DNA from: Francisella tularensis subsp. holarctica
GTDB taxonomy: Bacteria; Pseudomonadota; Gammaproteobacteria; Francisellales; CACEW01
Direction of reading: 5' to 3'
Length of the DNA: 64,000 nt
Assembly (NCBI GenBank): GCA_945879065.1
Contig: CAMCUU010000003.1
Coordinates: forward strand, 2,079 to 66,078
The position numbers and the translations under genes are program-made. Below are positions 27,907 through 36,922 of this stretch, in pieces (position 1 is the first letter of the stretch; each line of letters begins with the position of its first letter). The notes beneath the pieces are model-generated. The model saw nothing but the letters and a program-made list of their open reading frames with translations, searched no databases and was not told the DNA's origin.

Positions 27907-28023
27907 ATCACATAATCAAACCTGGTCTCATGAAAGATTGCAGCCTTAGAAAACCATAAAATTATTGACCACCAGCAAATTCCCCTATAAATTTCGCTCG
28001 TTTTAAATTTGGAGCACGCACCC

Positions 28024-28044
28024 ATGAATCAAAATCTCGTTTAG
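28024..28044 (+). promoter_or_regulatory. possible leader peptide uORF (MNQNLV) upstream of the ABC-F gene
   Basis: GGAG lies 9 nt upstream of the ATG. The 6-codon ORF ends 34 nt before the ABC-F start. Confidence 0.25.
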
Positions 28045-28078
28045 CTAATTTTTTCTTAAAGCTATTGGAGATTCATGT

Positions 28079-29530
28079 ATGCATTCAACTTTATCTATTC
28101 GAGATTTTTCTATCACCCTCCCCCATAAAATCTGTTTCGAGAACTTCAGCGCCGATATTTCGTACGGCGATAAGATTGCTTTGATCGGCCGAAATGGCGC
28201 TGGGAAATCGACCCTACTCCATCAAATTAAAGTTCTGGCTGAACAGTCTGGGATTAATCTTGGCTTCGTCCCTCAGATTCCAGAACCCACTGACCCACTC
28301 TTAAAAAATAAAAGCGGTGGCGAGCAATTTAATTATTTATTGTCTCAGGCCCTCTCGACCAATCCAGACTTTTTATTACTAGACGAACCGACCAACCACT
28401 TAGATCTCCAGAACAAAAAATCTTTGTTTAAATTTTTAGAGCACTTCCCTGGGACGGTCTTACTTATTTCCCATGATCCTGGCTTATTAAGTCAAAAATT
28501 CTTAAGTACTTTCTGGCACCTGGAAAACCAAAGAATCAGAATTTTTACAGGCGAATATCAAGATTATAAAAACTTGCTCTTCCAAGAAAAATCTAACTTA
28601 GAACATCAGAAAAAATTACTCAAACAAGCCCAAGAACAAGCTCATGAGTCCCTGATGAAAGAGCAGATTCGAGCTAAAAATTCAAAACAGAAAGGCCAAA
28701 AAAGTATTGAAAATAAAAAATGGCCGACGGTGACCTCTAAAACCAAAGCAGGCAGATCCCAAAAATCCGCTCTCAAAAAATCAAAACGAATTCACCAAGA
28801 GCAAGAAAATATTTCTGAACAACTTAAAAATGTTTTTATTCATGAAGAAATCAAACCCACTTTTACTTTAAGCCCTGAGCTCTCTTTATTAATTAAGACC
28901 CCCAGAGTCTTATTGAATATTTCGAATGGCAGCCTGGGTTATGCAAAAGATCAGCCCCTGCTTTCGAATATTTTCGTCTCTATTCAATCGGGAGATCGAG
29001 TCTGCCTACTGGGCAATAACGGCTCTGGTAAATCGACTTTACTTAAAGCTCTCTTGGAAGATTCCAATTTAATTAAAACAGGCGAGTGGCTTTTAGAACC
29101 CAATAAAAATATTGGCTATTTCGATCAGCATTATTCTATTTTTCACCCAAAAGAAATTTCAGAATTAACCCCCTTAGAATTTCTAAAAAACTTGAGTCCT
29201 GATTGGACAGAATCTGAGCTAAGAGCCCACCTGGCTAGTTTTTTATTTCGCAAAACAGAAGAAGTGAATACGCCAATCTTAAAACTATCAGGGGGCGAAT
29301 TGGCCAGATTGGCTTTGGCCAGCATCGCAATTAAAACTCCAGCAGTTTTATTTTTAGACGAGATCACTAATAACTTGGATCTAGAAACCAGAGCGCATGT
29401 GATTGAAGTTTTAAAATCTTATCCCGGAACTTTAATCGCTATTTCCCATGACCCTGATTTCTTGGAGGCGATTGGGATTAATGCAAAAATAGAGGTCTCT
29501 GATTTTTATCAAAAGCCCACCGACCTCTAG
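28079..29530 (+). CDS. ABC-F ATPase (no TM domain), antibiotic-resistance (ARE) type suspected
   Basis: Two ABC cassettes (GRNGAGKST / GNNGSGKST, SGGE signatures, LLLDEPTNHLD / LFLDEITNNLD) are joined by a ~90-aa Lys/Gln-rich linker. 483 aa. Confidence 0.8.
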   Translation: MHSTLSIRDFSITLPHKICFENFSADISYGDKIALIGRNGAGKSTLLHQIKVLAEQSGINLGFVPQIPEPTDPLLKNKSGGEQFNYLLSQALSTNPDFLLLDEPTNHLDLQNKKSLFKFLEHFPGTVLLISHDPGLLSQKFLSTFWHLENQRIRIFTGEYQDYKNLLFQEKSNLEHQKKLLKQAQEQAHESLMKEQIRAKNSKQKGQKSIENKKWPTVTSKTKAGRSQKSALKKSKRIHQEQENISEQLKNVFIHEEIKPTFTLSPELSLLIKTPRVLLNISNGSLGYAKDQPLLSNIFVSIQSGDRVCLLGNNGSGKSTLLKALLEDSNLIKTGEWLLEPNKNIGYFDQHYSIFHPKEISELTPLEFLKNLSPDWTESELRAHLASFLFRKTEEVNTPILKLSGGELARLALASIAIKTPAVLFLDEITNNLDLETRAHVIEVLKSYPGTLIAISHDPDFLEAIGINAKIEVSDFYQKPTDL

Positions 29531-29541
29531 GAACACGAATT

Positions 29542-30573
29542 TTGAATCAAGACCTCATCCAAAAAATCTGCCAAAAATTAAATCTAGGAGCCCCCACAAG
29601 CCCAGTCGAAAGAATCTACGGCGGCCTTTTACATAAAATGTGGAAACTCACAACAGATCAAAACTCTTACGCCATCAAAGCGCTTTCATCCCATATCGAC
29701 TTTAAAAACCAATCAATTAGACGCAATTACGAACTCTCTGAAAAAATTGCCACCCTATTTGCTCACGATGGCATCCCCGCTGTTAGCGCTATTCATCAAG
29801 ACGGTGACACTCTCACCGAAATCGACGGAACATTTTTCCTAATTTACCCCTGGGTCAATGCGAAGACCTTGTCACCTCATGAACCCATCTCAGATCAACA
29901 GGGCATTAAAATCGCTGAGTTAATTTCAAAGCTTCACCAAATTAATTTAAATATTTTCTCGCTTCCACCCAGCCAAGAACCCGAATTTAATAGTTTAAAT
30001 TCAGAGGAAATTCTGAATGCCATTAAAAATTCACAAACCCACAAAGCCCCCTTCGCCCACGAACTTACGAAACATCAAAAAATTCTTCTTGCGCTCAATC
30101 AAAAATATTTAGAGGCCATCCCATTATTAAAAAAACACTCTGTCATTAGCCATGGGGATTTGGATCCCAAAAATGTTCTCTGGGATGCTGAGGATCAGCC
30201 TATCTTGATTGACTGGGAATCCGCTCGCAGACTCAATCCAACCCATGAGATCATTAATGCTTGTTTAGATTGGAGCGGCATTACTCTTGAGAACAATTTT
30301 AATCGACCTCTATTTTTTAAAATGCTGGAGAGTTATCAAAACGCCGGAAGTGTATTAGATCAAAATCTTTTGGAACCGGCTTTCTATGCTGTTGCTGGCA
30401 ATTGGATTAATTGGATGGTCTTTAATATTCAGAGATTTTGTGAGACCCAAGATTCAGAGGTTTTAAACTTAAGTGCTGAGCAAGTGAACCAAACATTGAG
30501 GACCATTGTCTTCTTGGAAAATCTTATTCCAGCTCTAATATCAGAAATAAAAAACCAAGAGACTAAAAAATGA
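29542..30573 (+). CDS. APH-family phosphotransferase (aminoglycoside/macrolide kinase-like)
   Basis: Catalytic HGDLDPKNVLWD followed by ILIDWESA (Brenner and DxD-like motifs). TTG start 12 nt after the ABC-F stop. Confidence 0.75.
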   Translation: MNQDLIQKICQKLNLGAPTSPVERIYGGLLHKMWKLTTDQNSYAIKALSSHIDFKNQSIRRNYELSEKIATLFAHDGIPAVSAIHQDGDTLTEIDGTFFLIYPWVNAKTLSPHEPISDQQGIKIAELISKLHQINLNIFSLPPSQEPEFNSLNSEEILNAIKNSQTHKAPFAHELTKHQKILLALNQKYLEAIPLLKKHSVISHGDLDPKNVLWDAEDQPILIDWESARRLNPTHEIINACLDWSGITLENNFNRPLFFKMLESYQNAGSVLDQNLLEPAFYAVAGNWINWMVFNIQRFCETQDSEVLNLSAEQVNQTLRTIVFLENLIPALISEIKNQETKK

Positions 30574-31178
30574 ACACCCCTTCACAACCCGGTAAAGTAA
30601 TTTTTCTGAATGGCCCCACCAGCTCAGGAAAAACAAGCCTAGCTAAAGCCCTACAAGACAAATTGCCAGAACCTTATTTGCATATCGGGATTGATCGCCT
30701 GATTGGAATGATGCCAGAGCATTTAAATAACTGGACTGGAGATTTGAATAACACGGATGGCTTTTCTTTTACTCAAGAAAAAGATTCATCAGGACATTTA
30801 ATCTCGCAGCTTCAAATTGGCCCTTATGCTGACAAGATTTGCGATCTTCTCAGAACACTGGCCATCACTATGCTCAATCAGGGATTTAATTTAATCATCG
30901 ATGAAGTCTGTCTTCGAAAAAACAGCTTTGAAAATTGGCAAAAAATATTAGCCCCCTACTCTACATTTTATATTGGCGTTCAGGCTTTCTTAGACATTTT
31001 AGAATCACGTGAGAAACAACGAGGCGACAGAATATTAGGCTCTGCCAGATCTCAAAATGTTTTGGTTCATCAAGATAATCTTTATGACCTGATGCTTGAT
31101 ACGAGTGACGCATCTATTGCTCAGTGCGCAGAACTTGTTTTAAAAAATTTAAGTCTTTTCCAGATGAAAACCCCTTAA
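30570..31178 (+). CDS. chloramphenicol phosphotransferase-like (CPT) P-loop kinase
   Basis: VIFLNGPTSSGKTSLAKALQDKLPEPYLHIGIDRLIGMMP resembles the N-terminus of Streptomyces CPT (recalled from memory). ATGA overlap with the APH gene. Confidence 0.7.
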   Translation: MNTPSQPGKVIFLNGPTSSGKTSLAKALQDKLPEPYLHIGIDRLIGMMPEHLNNWTGDLNNTDGFSFTQEKDSSGHLISQLQIGPYADKICDLLRTLAITMLNQGFNLIIDEVCLRKNSFENWQKILAPYSTFYIGVQAFLDILESREKQRGDRILGSARSQNVLVHQDNLYDLMLDTSDASIAQCAELVLKNLSLFQMKTP

Positions 31179-31250
31179 AATATAAACTAAACTTGCAAAA
31201 ACTATCGAAAATCGATATTATTTGAAAGTTTTAATCACTTTAAGACATTT

Positions 31251-32039
31251 ATGCAAATACAAATTTTCATTGATCAACTACGCAGTCAGGGCCGATTTTC
31301 ATTTACCATCACAGAGTTGGAACAAGCACTAGAAGCTAATAGAGCTGCTGCTCTTAATGCCTTATCCAGACTTAAAAAAAGTGGAGCTATTGCAAGTCCC
31401 GTTCATGGATTTTATTTGATACTCACTCCTGAATATCGCGTATTAGGCTGCCTTCCTGCTGATATGTTTATTGCTGATCTCATGGCCCATCTCGAACAGC
31501 CCTATTACGTTGGCCTATTAAGCGCTGCGCAGTTTTATGGCGCTGCACATCAAAAACCACAGAGATTTCAAGTGGTCATTAAACAAAATCGTCGAGCGAT
31601 TCAATGCGGTCGAATCATGATTGAGTTTATTGCGAATCAACATATGGAATTGCTCCCAACTCAATCATTTAATACAGCCTCTGGAACTATTTTTGTTGCA
31701 AGCCCTGAAGCCATTGCCTTAGACATGCTAAGTAATCAAAAACATGCGGCTGGCATAGATCATATTGCAACTGTTTTGCTGGAATTATCAGAAAGCCTCA
31801 ATGCTGAAAAATTGTTATTATTAGCCCGCACTTATCCAGAAACTGCTTGGCTTCAACGACTAGGATACTTACTGGAGACTCTTGGTTTTAATGAGTTATC
31901 AGAAAATATTTTAAAAATTTTAAAAGAAAAAAAAGTAAATTGGGTTCGCCTAGCCCCTCGAATTTCTTCAATGCAATTATCCAGAAATTCAAAATGGAAA
32001 ATTATTGTCAACACCACTGTGGAGCCCGATGAATTATGA
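31251..32039 (+). CDS. AbiEi-family type IV antitoxin / transcriptional regulator
   Basis: N-terminal wHTH (FTITELEQALEANRAAALNALSRLKKSGAI) plus the PYYVGLLSAAQFYGAAHQ motif. 4-nt overlap with the AbiEii gene. Confidence 0.7.
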   Translation: MQIQIFIDQLRSQGRFSFTITELEQALEANRAAALNALSRLKKSGAIASPVHGFYLILTPEYRVLGCLPADMFIADLMAHLEQPYYVGLLSAAQFYGAAHQKPQRFQVVIKQNRRAIQCGRIMIEFIANQHMELLPTQSFNTASGTIFVASPEAIALDMLSNQKHAAGIDHIATVLLELSESLNAEKLLLLARTYPETAWLQRLGYLLETLGFNELSENILKILKEKKVNWVRLAPRISSMQLSRNSKWKIIVNTTVEPDEL

Positions 32040-32884
32040 TTCCTATTGCTTATATCACTCAATGGAGGCAATTCGCGCCCTGGATTGATAATGCTCAAGT
32101 GGAGCAGGATTTAATTCTCTCAAGAGTTATTGTTGACCTATTTTCAGATCCTTTTTTAAGACAAGAATTGGCTTTTCGTGGCGGGACCGCGCTCAATAAA
32201 TTATTTTTCAAACCAGCTGCAAGATATAGCGAAGATATTGATCTCGTCCGAACTTCAACGGGAGCCATCACCGACATCATTGATGCATTAAGATCTCGCT
32301 TGGATCCTTGGCTGGGTGAACCTCAAAGAGAGCGAAAAGAAAATGGTTTTAAACTCAGATATATCTTTAATCCTGAGGGCTCACCCAATATCAAACAAAA
32401 AATAAAAATAGAAATTAATACGCGTGAGTGCTTTACCGTCTATGACAGAATTCTTGAACCATTTTCAGTCAATTCTTCTTGGTTTTCTGGCGAGTCTTTA
32501 GTCAACACTTATCAGTTGGAAGAATTAATGGCGACCAAACTTAGAGCTTTGTATCAACGTAAAAAAGGCCGGGATTTATTTGACCTATGGTTCGCCTTAC
32601 AAAACGACTCTTTAGATTCAGAAAAGATTATTCATGCTTTTCAGCATTATATGAACCAAGAAAATAAATCGATTACACGCGAATTATTTGAGCTCAATCT
32701 CGATCAAAAATTAGAAACCTCTTTTTTTATGGAAGATATTAATATCTTGCTTTCGCCCGACCTAAAAAATAAAACTTCGGTCAGTACTGAAGGAAATTGG
32801 AATATGTTTAATGCGGCTCAGCTCGTCAAAAATAAGCTCTTAGTAAAATTACCCCCTTCTATTTCAAAGAGCGCAAAGAAATGA
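32036..32884 (+). CDS. AbiEii/AbiGii nucleotidyltransferase toxin (DUF1814)
   Basis: FRGGTALNKLFF...RYSEDIDL NTase motifs and C-terminal ELMATKLRALYQRKKGRDLFDLW. Confidence 0.8.
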   Translation: MIPIAYITQWRQFAPWIDNAQVEQDLILSRVIVDLFSDPFLRQELAFRGGTALNKLFFKPAARYSEDIDLVRTSTGAITDIIDALRSRLDPWLGEPQRERKENGFKLRYIFNPEGSPNIKQKIKIEINTRECFTVYDRILEPFSVNSSWFSGESLVNTYQLEELMATKLRALYQRKKGRDLFDLWFALQNDSLDSEKIIHAFQHYMNQENKSITRELFELNLDQKLETSFFMEDINILLSPDLKNKTSVSTEGNWNMFNAAQLVKNKLLVKLPPSISKSAKK

Positions 32885-33414
32885 CCCAACCCTCCTTCCA
32901 CTTTCAAGATTTAACGCTTCAAGACGCCGAAATCCTCGCCGATTATTTTAAAAAAATCGGCTGGCATAAGCCGCTTTCTGGATTCTTAATTTACCTCCAA
33001 GAAGCAGAGCTGGGATTAAGAAAAAACATCGTTGCCAAAAATTCAGCAGGCCAGATTTTGGGCTATGTGACTGTTCTATGGGAATCCGACCATCCGTATT
33101 TTCAAGAAGGAAAAATCCCAGAGATTAAAGATTTAAATATTCTCCCAGAGTTTCAAAAACAAGGTTTTGGAAGAGCTTTACTTAAAAAATCTGAGCAAGA
33201 AATTTATAAAAAATTAGGACCTGATCAAACCATTGGCATTGGTGTTGGGATTCTTAAAGATTATGGCCCTGCCCAAAAACTTTATGTCCAAGAAGGCTAC
33301 GTTCCCAACGCTGAAGGGGTGACGGCGAATCATCAAAACTTAAATTATGGCGATACAGGATCTGTTGATGATGATTGGGTTTTATGGATGACTAAGAAAA
33401 AAGGAGAAGTTTAA
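32881..33414 (+). CDS. GNAT N-acetyltransferase (177 aa)
   Basis: IKDLNILPEFQKQGFGRALLKK matches GNAT motif A. ATGA overlap with the abiEii stop. Confidence 0.75.
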   Translation: MTQPSFHFQDLTLQDAEILADYFKKIGWHKPLSGFLIYLQEAELGLRKNIVAKNSAGQILGYVTVLWESDHPYFQEGKIPEIKDLNILPEFQKQGFGRALLKKSEQEIYKKLGPDQTIGIGVGILKDYGPAQKLYVQEGYVPNAEGVTANHQNLNYGDTGSVDDDWVLWMTKKKGEV

Positions 33415-33432
33415 CCTTCTCCATGCTGACGC

Positions 33433-33666
33433 TTAAGGCATCCCAGCCACCAGGATCAATTGATCATCAGTCATATCGCCCTTGGTCATCGCTTCAAAAA
33501 AACCAACACAACATTGGCCAGCTCTAGTAGGGCAGCTTTTTTCTTTTTTTGGAAAGGCACGCTCAACGCCAGCATCTTTGGCCTCACCAGAACCTGACGT
33601 AGTGCCAACAACTGGCGTTCTGTCATCCGCTAAAAGAGCTTCTTGGGCTTGCGTAAAAGAACTCAT
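33433..33666 (-). CDS. small hypothetical protein (77 aa), Cys-containing
   Basis: Strong RBS (AAGGAGA 7 nt before the ATG). No family recognised. Preferred over the antisense ORF at 33482-33685. Confidence 0.5.
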   Translation of the reverse strand: MSSFTQAQEALLADDRTPVVGTTSGSGEAKDAGVERAFPKKEKSCPTRAGQCCVGFFEAMTKGDMTDDQLILVAGMP

Positions 33667-33832
33667 GATTAATCTCCTTAATTAAATTATTTTTAAATTG
33701 TTTTGACTGGGTTTGATTAACCCGAAAGAGATCGTATATGAAAAATTTAGCGCTTATCACCGAACTTTTGTGCTGGTTCTTTTACTTATTTACTATGATG
33801 GCCTCTTGAAAAATTATTGACTCACTAATTTT

Positions 33833-34576
33833 ATGACTGACGAAGAATTTCTAGAAACGGCCGTTTCAGCAGTTAAATTTATTGCCGAATCTTCAGAGAA
33901 ACAAATCATTGGATTTAAACGCGCTGATAATTTCAAAAACCTTTATTTTTCGCCCTATTTACTGGAGCTATCCAATCTTTCAGAACAAGAGGTTTTAAAT
34001 AAAACGGTCTTACTCTCCACCTATGGTGACGATCCAAATTTTGAAAAAATTATCACTGAGGAAGATCAGGCGATTGTTAAAAGCCGCGAGTCCAAAGTGC
34101 TACTTAAAGTTAATCAATTTAAAACGGGCCTTGTTCCCTATCTTTGTAAAAAATCGCCTTTTATTAACCCAGAGACTGGGAATGTTGTGGGCATTCTGGT
34201 CCAGGGTTTTGAGATTGGGCTCTTATCTCTTAATCAACATCTCAAAAAATCAATTCATCAAAAAAATTCAGCTCAACCTCACTTAGAAAACCCCAATCTT
34301 CCCCGCTTAACCAAGCGCGAAAAACAAGTGATCTTTTTCTTCATGTCGCATTTGAGCAGCCAAGAAATCGCTGATGTTTTAGCTCAAATGGAAAGCAAAA
34401 AAATCAGCAAGAGTACGATTGATTGTGTGTTTAACGATCAGCTTTATTTAAAATTCGAAGTGGGCAGTCGTCCCGCTCTTTATAAAAAGCTTCAAGCGCT
34501 GGGCTATGACCGAATGATCCCGAAAGAAAACCTATCTGTCAGCTCGAATTTCTTAGAGGTCATGCGGGTGTATTAA
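33833..34576 (+). CDS. LuxR-family regulator with N-terminal PAS-like region (247 aa)
   Basis: C-terminal LTKREKQVIFFFMSHLSSQEIADVLA... resembles a LuxR/GerE HTH. Confidence 0.7.
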   Translation: MTDEEFLETAVSAVKFIAESSEKQIIGFKRADNFKNLYFSPYLLELSNLSEQEVLNKTVLLSTYGDDPNFEKIITEEDQAIVKSRESKVLLKVNQFKTGLVPYLCKKSPFINPETGNVVGILVQGFEIGLLSLNQHLKKSIHQKNSAQPHLENPNLPRLTKREKQVIFFFMSHLSSQEIADVLAQMESKKISKSTIDCVFNDQLYLKFEVGSRPALYKKLQALGYDRMIPKENLSVSSNFLEVMRVY

Positions 34577-34643
34577 GCATGCTATTAATAGTCTCCCCCA
34601 CTAAACTCCGCCGTTTTTCAAATCACCCCAGAGAAAATTAAAC

Positions 34644-35708
34644 ATGCTGCGAAAAATCCTATTGAGCTTACTCAAAGGCCTCGGGCCTTTTGTATTAATT
34701 ATTGTGGTTATTGGCTTAATTTCTTGGGCTTATTTTACCCATGAGCTGACTTACCCTTCGACCGCCGATGCCGTTTTGTATAACAGCGTGGTCTCTATTT
34801 CTCCCAGGGTCAGCGGAACCGTAAAGCAGGTCAATATTCAGCAAGATCAGCTGGTTCATCAGGGGGATCTTTTATTTTCTCTCGATGACCATCAGGCTCT
34901 ATTAGATCTTGCCAATGCGCAGAATGATCTGGTCTTAGCCCAGCAAAATTTAGCTGAAAACCAAGCGGCTTTAATCACGGCCAAAGCGAATGTCGCCAGT
35001 GCCCAATCCGCTGTTAATTTACAAAAATCAGAATTTGATCGAAAACAGACTTTATTTAAATCAGGGTCTCTATCACCCAATGATTTTGATATTGCCAAGC
35101 AAGCTTTATTAGCCTCACAAGCCAGTCTTCAAGTCGCTCAAGCGAATTTAAAAAGTGCGATGGCAGCGCTTGGGACTAATCAGAATTCCAATCAAACTCA
35201 AAACCAAACCCCAGGCATTCAAAAAGCCAATCTCGAAATTAAACAGGCCCAGCTGAATCTTTCTTACACACAAATCACCGCCCCTGCCGAGGGCTTCTTA
35301 ACTAATTTAAATTTAACACCTGGCCAGACCGTCACCGCCAATAATGTTCTTTTTGGAATCACAACCCAGAAAGATTGGCGCGTGCATGCCGAAATTCTTG
35401 AGACTTTTTTAAGACATATTCGCGTGGGTCAGCCCGTGAGTTTAAGATTGCGTATGTATCCCAATACCCAATATCAAGGCGTGGTTTCTGGCATTGGTTA
35501 TGGCATTAATATCGACGGCTGGCAGGCCAATCAAGCTCTCCCAACGTCTGATCCTTCTTTCGAATGGATCTCTGTCGCTAAAAGATTCCCAGTGATTATT
35601 ACGGTTACTTCACCCCATGATTTCAATACGGAACCTTTTAGAATTGGCGCATCGGTTATTTTAACTATTGATACGACCAAAAATATTAATTTACCCTCTC
35701 AGAAATAA
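34644..35708 (+). CDS. HlyD/EmrA/AaeA-type membrane fusion protein
   Basis: N-terminal TM anchor, lipoyl-like SPRVSGTVKQVNIQQDQLVHQGDLLFSLDD, a long coiled coil and a beta-barrel C-terminus. Confidence 0.8.
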   Translation: MLRKILLSLLKGLGPFVLIIVVIGLISWAYFTHELTYPSTADAVLYNSVVSISPRVSGTVKQVNIQQDQLVHQGDLLFSLDDHQALLDLANAQNDLVLAQQNLAENQAALITAKANVASAQSAVNLQKSEFDRKQTLFKSGSLSPNDFDIAKQALLASQASLQVAQANLKSAMAALGTNQNSNQTQNQTPGIQKANLEIKQAQLNLSYTQITAPAEGFLTNLNLTPGQTVTANNVLFGITTQKDWRVHAEILETFLRHIRVGQPVSLRLRMYPNTQYQGVVSGIGYGINIDGWQANQALPTSDPSFEWISVAKRFPVIITVTSPHDFNTEPFRIGASVILTIDTTKNINLPSQK

Positions 35709-35722
35709 AGATTGATTGCCCC

Positions 35723-36835
35723 ATGACAGCGACTTCTATTTTTAAAACTTTTTCTAATTTTTCCCATTTTTCCTGGCACAAAAATCCAGAAAGCTACGCG
35801 CCGTTTTCACTCCAGTGGATCTATGTTTTTAAAGCGGCTTTGACTTCTTTTTTATTGTTATTACTTATTTTTTACTGGAACCTGCCTACTGGTTCCAGCC
35901 TCATGTGCGCCGCGCCCTTATTCATGATGTCTGGCGATCGAAGCTTAGTAAAAGATATGTTCTGGCAAGTGCCAAGCGGCTTTGTCATTGGGATTTTATT
36001 TGGATTATTGGGCCTAAATCTCATTGGCGTTTATTGGCCCATTGCTTTACTCATCATGGCCTTCTGGAATGCCGCCTGGATCTATCTCTCCAGCCTCAAG
36101 GATGTTTTAAATATTCCCTGTCGGATTATCAGCATCACGCCTTTAATTTTATTTAATATGGCAGGCTTCGGACAAATTAATTTAATCCCCTCTGCGATTG
36201 AAATTTTATTGGGCTTGTCTTTCTTGGGCATCTGGGGATTTGTTTTAATAGACCATCTGGTTTTTCCCATTAAAAATAATTTCCAAAAAAATAAAATAAA
36301 TTTAAATCTCAAAAATTTTAATTTGGATTTTGTAAAATTTGACCTGAGTTATTTTATTCTTGCGCTCCAGACCATGTTGTCTGTCTTATTTATTTTATTA
36401 ATCGCTTATTTAACTAATTTTCCAGGCTCCAGCTTTATTACCCCCGCCATTATTTCTTGCGTCGTCATAGCAACACCCTGTTCCGTCAAACTTAAAAGCA
36501 ATTTATCCAATCGAATTATTGGGGCCGTATTTGGCGGATTACTGGGGATTTTATTTGTGTTTTTACTTAATCAATGTCCTCTGACATGGCTCATGATTTC
36601 CAGCTTTATTGTCAGCATTGGATTAATTGCTTATTTAGCCCAGATCCATATGCGATTCATGAGCATGGGCCTACAAGCGGGCTTTGCATTTATAGCAATC
36701 GCCGCGCCAGGGATAGAATCTACTGGCGATATCAATGCCGGATTAATCAGACTGGGCGGCATTTTTTATGGCTGTGCGGTGAGTTATTTTGTGGCGTATT
36801 TATTTTATTTTTTAACTCGCCATAAAGAAAAATAA
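35723..36835 (+). CDS. FUSC/AaeB-like integral membrane efflux protein (370 aa)
   Basis: Polytopic membrane protein immediately downstream of the MFP, mirroring aaeA-aaeB organisation. Confidence 0.55.
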   Translation: MTATSIFKTFSNFSHFSWHKNPESYAPFSLQWIYVFKAALTSFLLLLLIFYWNLPTGSSLMCAAPLFMMSGDRSLVKDMFWQVPSGFVIGILFGLLGLNLIGVYWPIALLIMAFWNAAWIYLSSLKDVLNIPCRIISITPLILFNMAGFGQINLIPSAIEILLGLSFLGIWGFVLIDHLVFPIKNNFQKNKINLNLKNFNLDFVKFDLSYFILALQTMLSVLFILLIAYLTNFPGSSFITPAIISCVVIATPCSVKLKSNLSNRIIGAVFGGLLGILFVFLLNQCPLTWLMISSFIVSIGLIAYLAQIHMRFMSMGLQAGFAFIAIAAPGIESTGDINAGLIRLGGIFYGCAVSYFVAYLFYFLTRHKEK

Positions 36836-36922
36836 GCCTGTCAAAAGGCTCGAGTTTTAATTGACTTAAAGCACCCTCATCATTACCGTTCTGAAAATTT
36901 GAAAATAGGGTTCTAGAGTCCA

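Noticed and set aside
33738-33809. 23-codon hydrophobic mini-ORF (MKNLALITELLCWFFYLFTMMAS) upstream of the LuxR-type gene, as a possible type I toxin or leader peptide.
   Set aside because: There is only a weak GAGA upstream and no evident antisense RNA or structure. Such hydrophobic mini-ORFs arise easily in AT-rich DNA, so support is insufficient.
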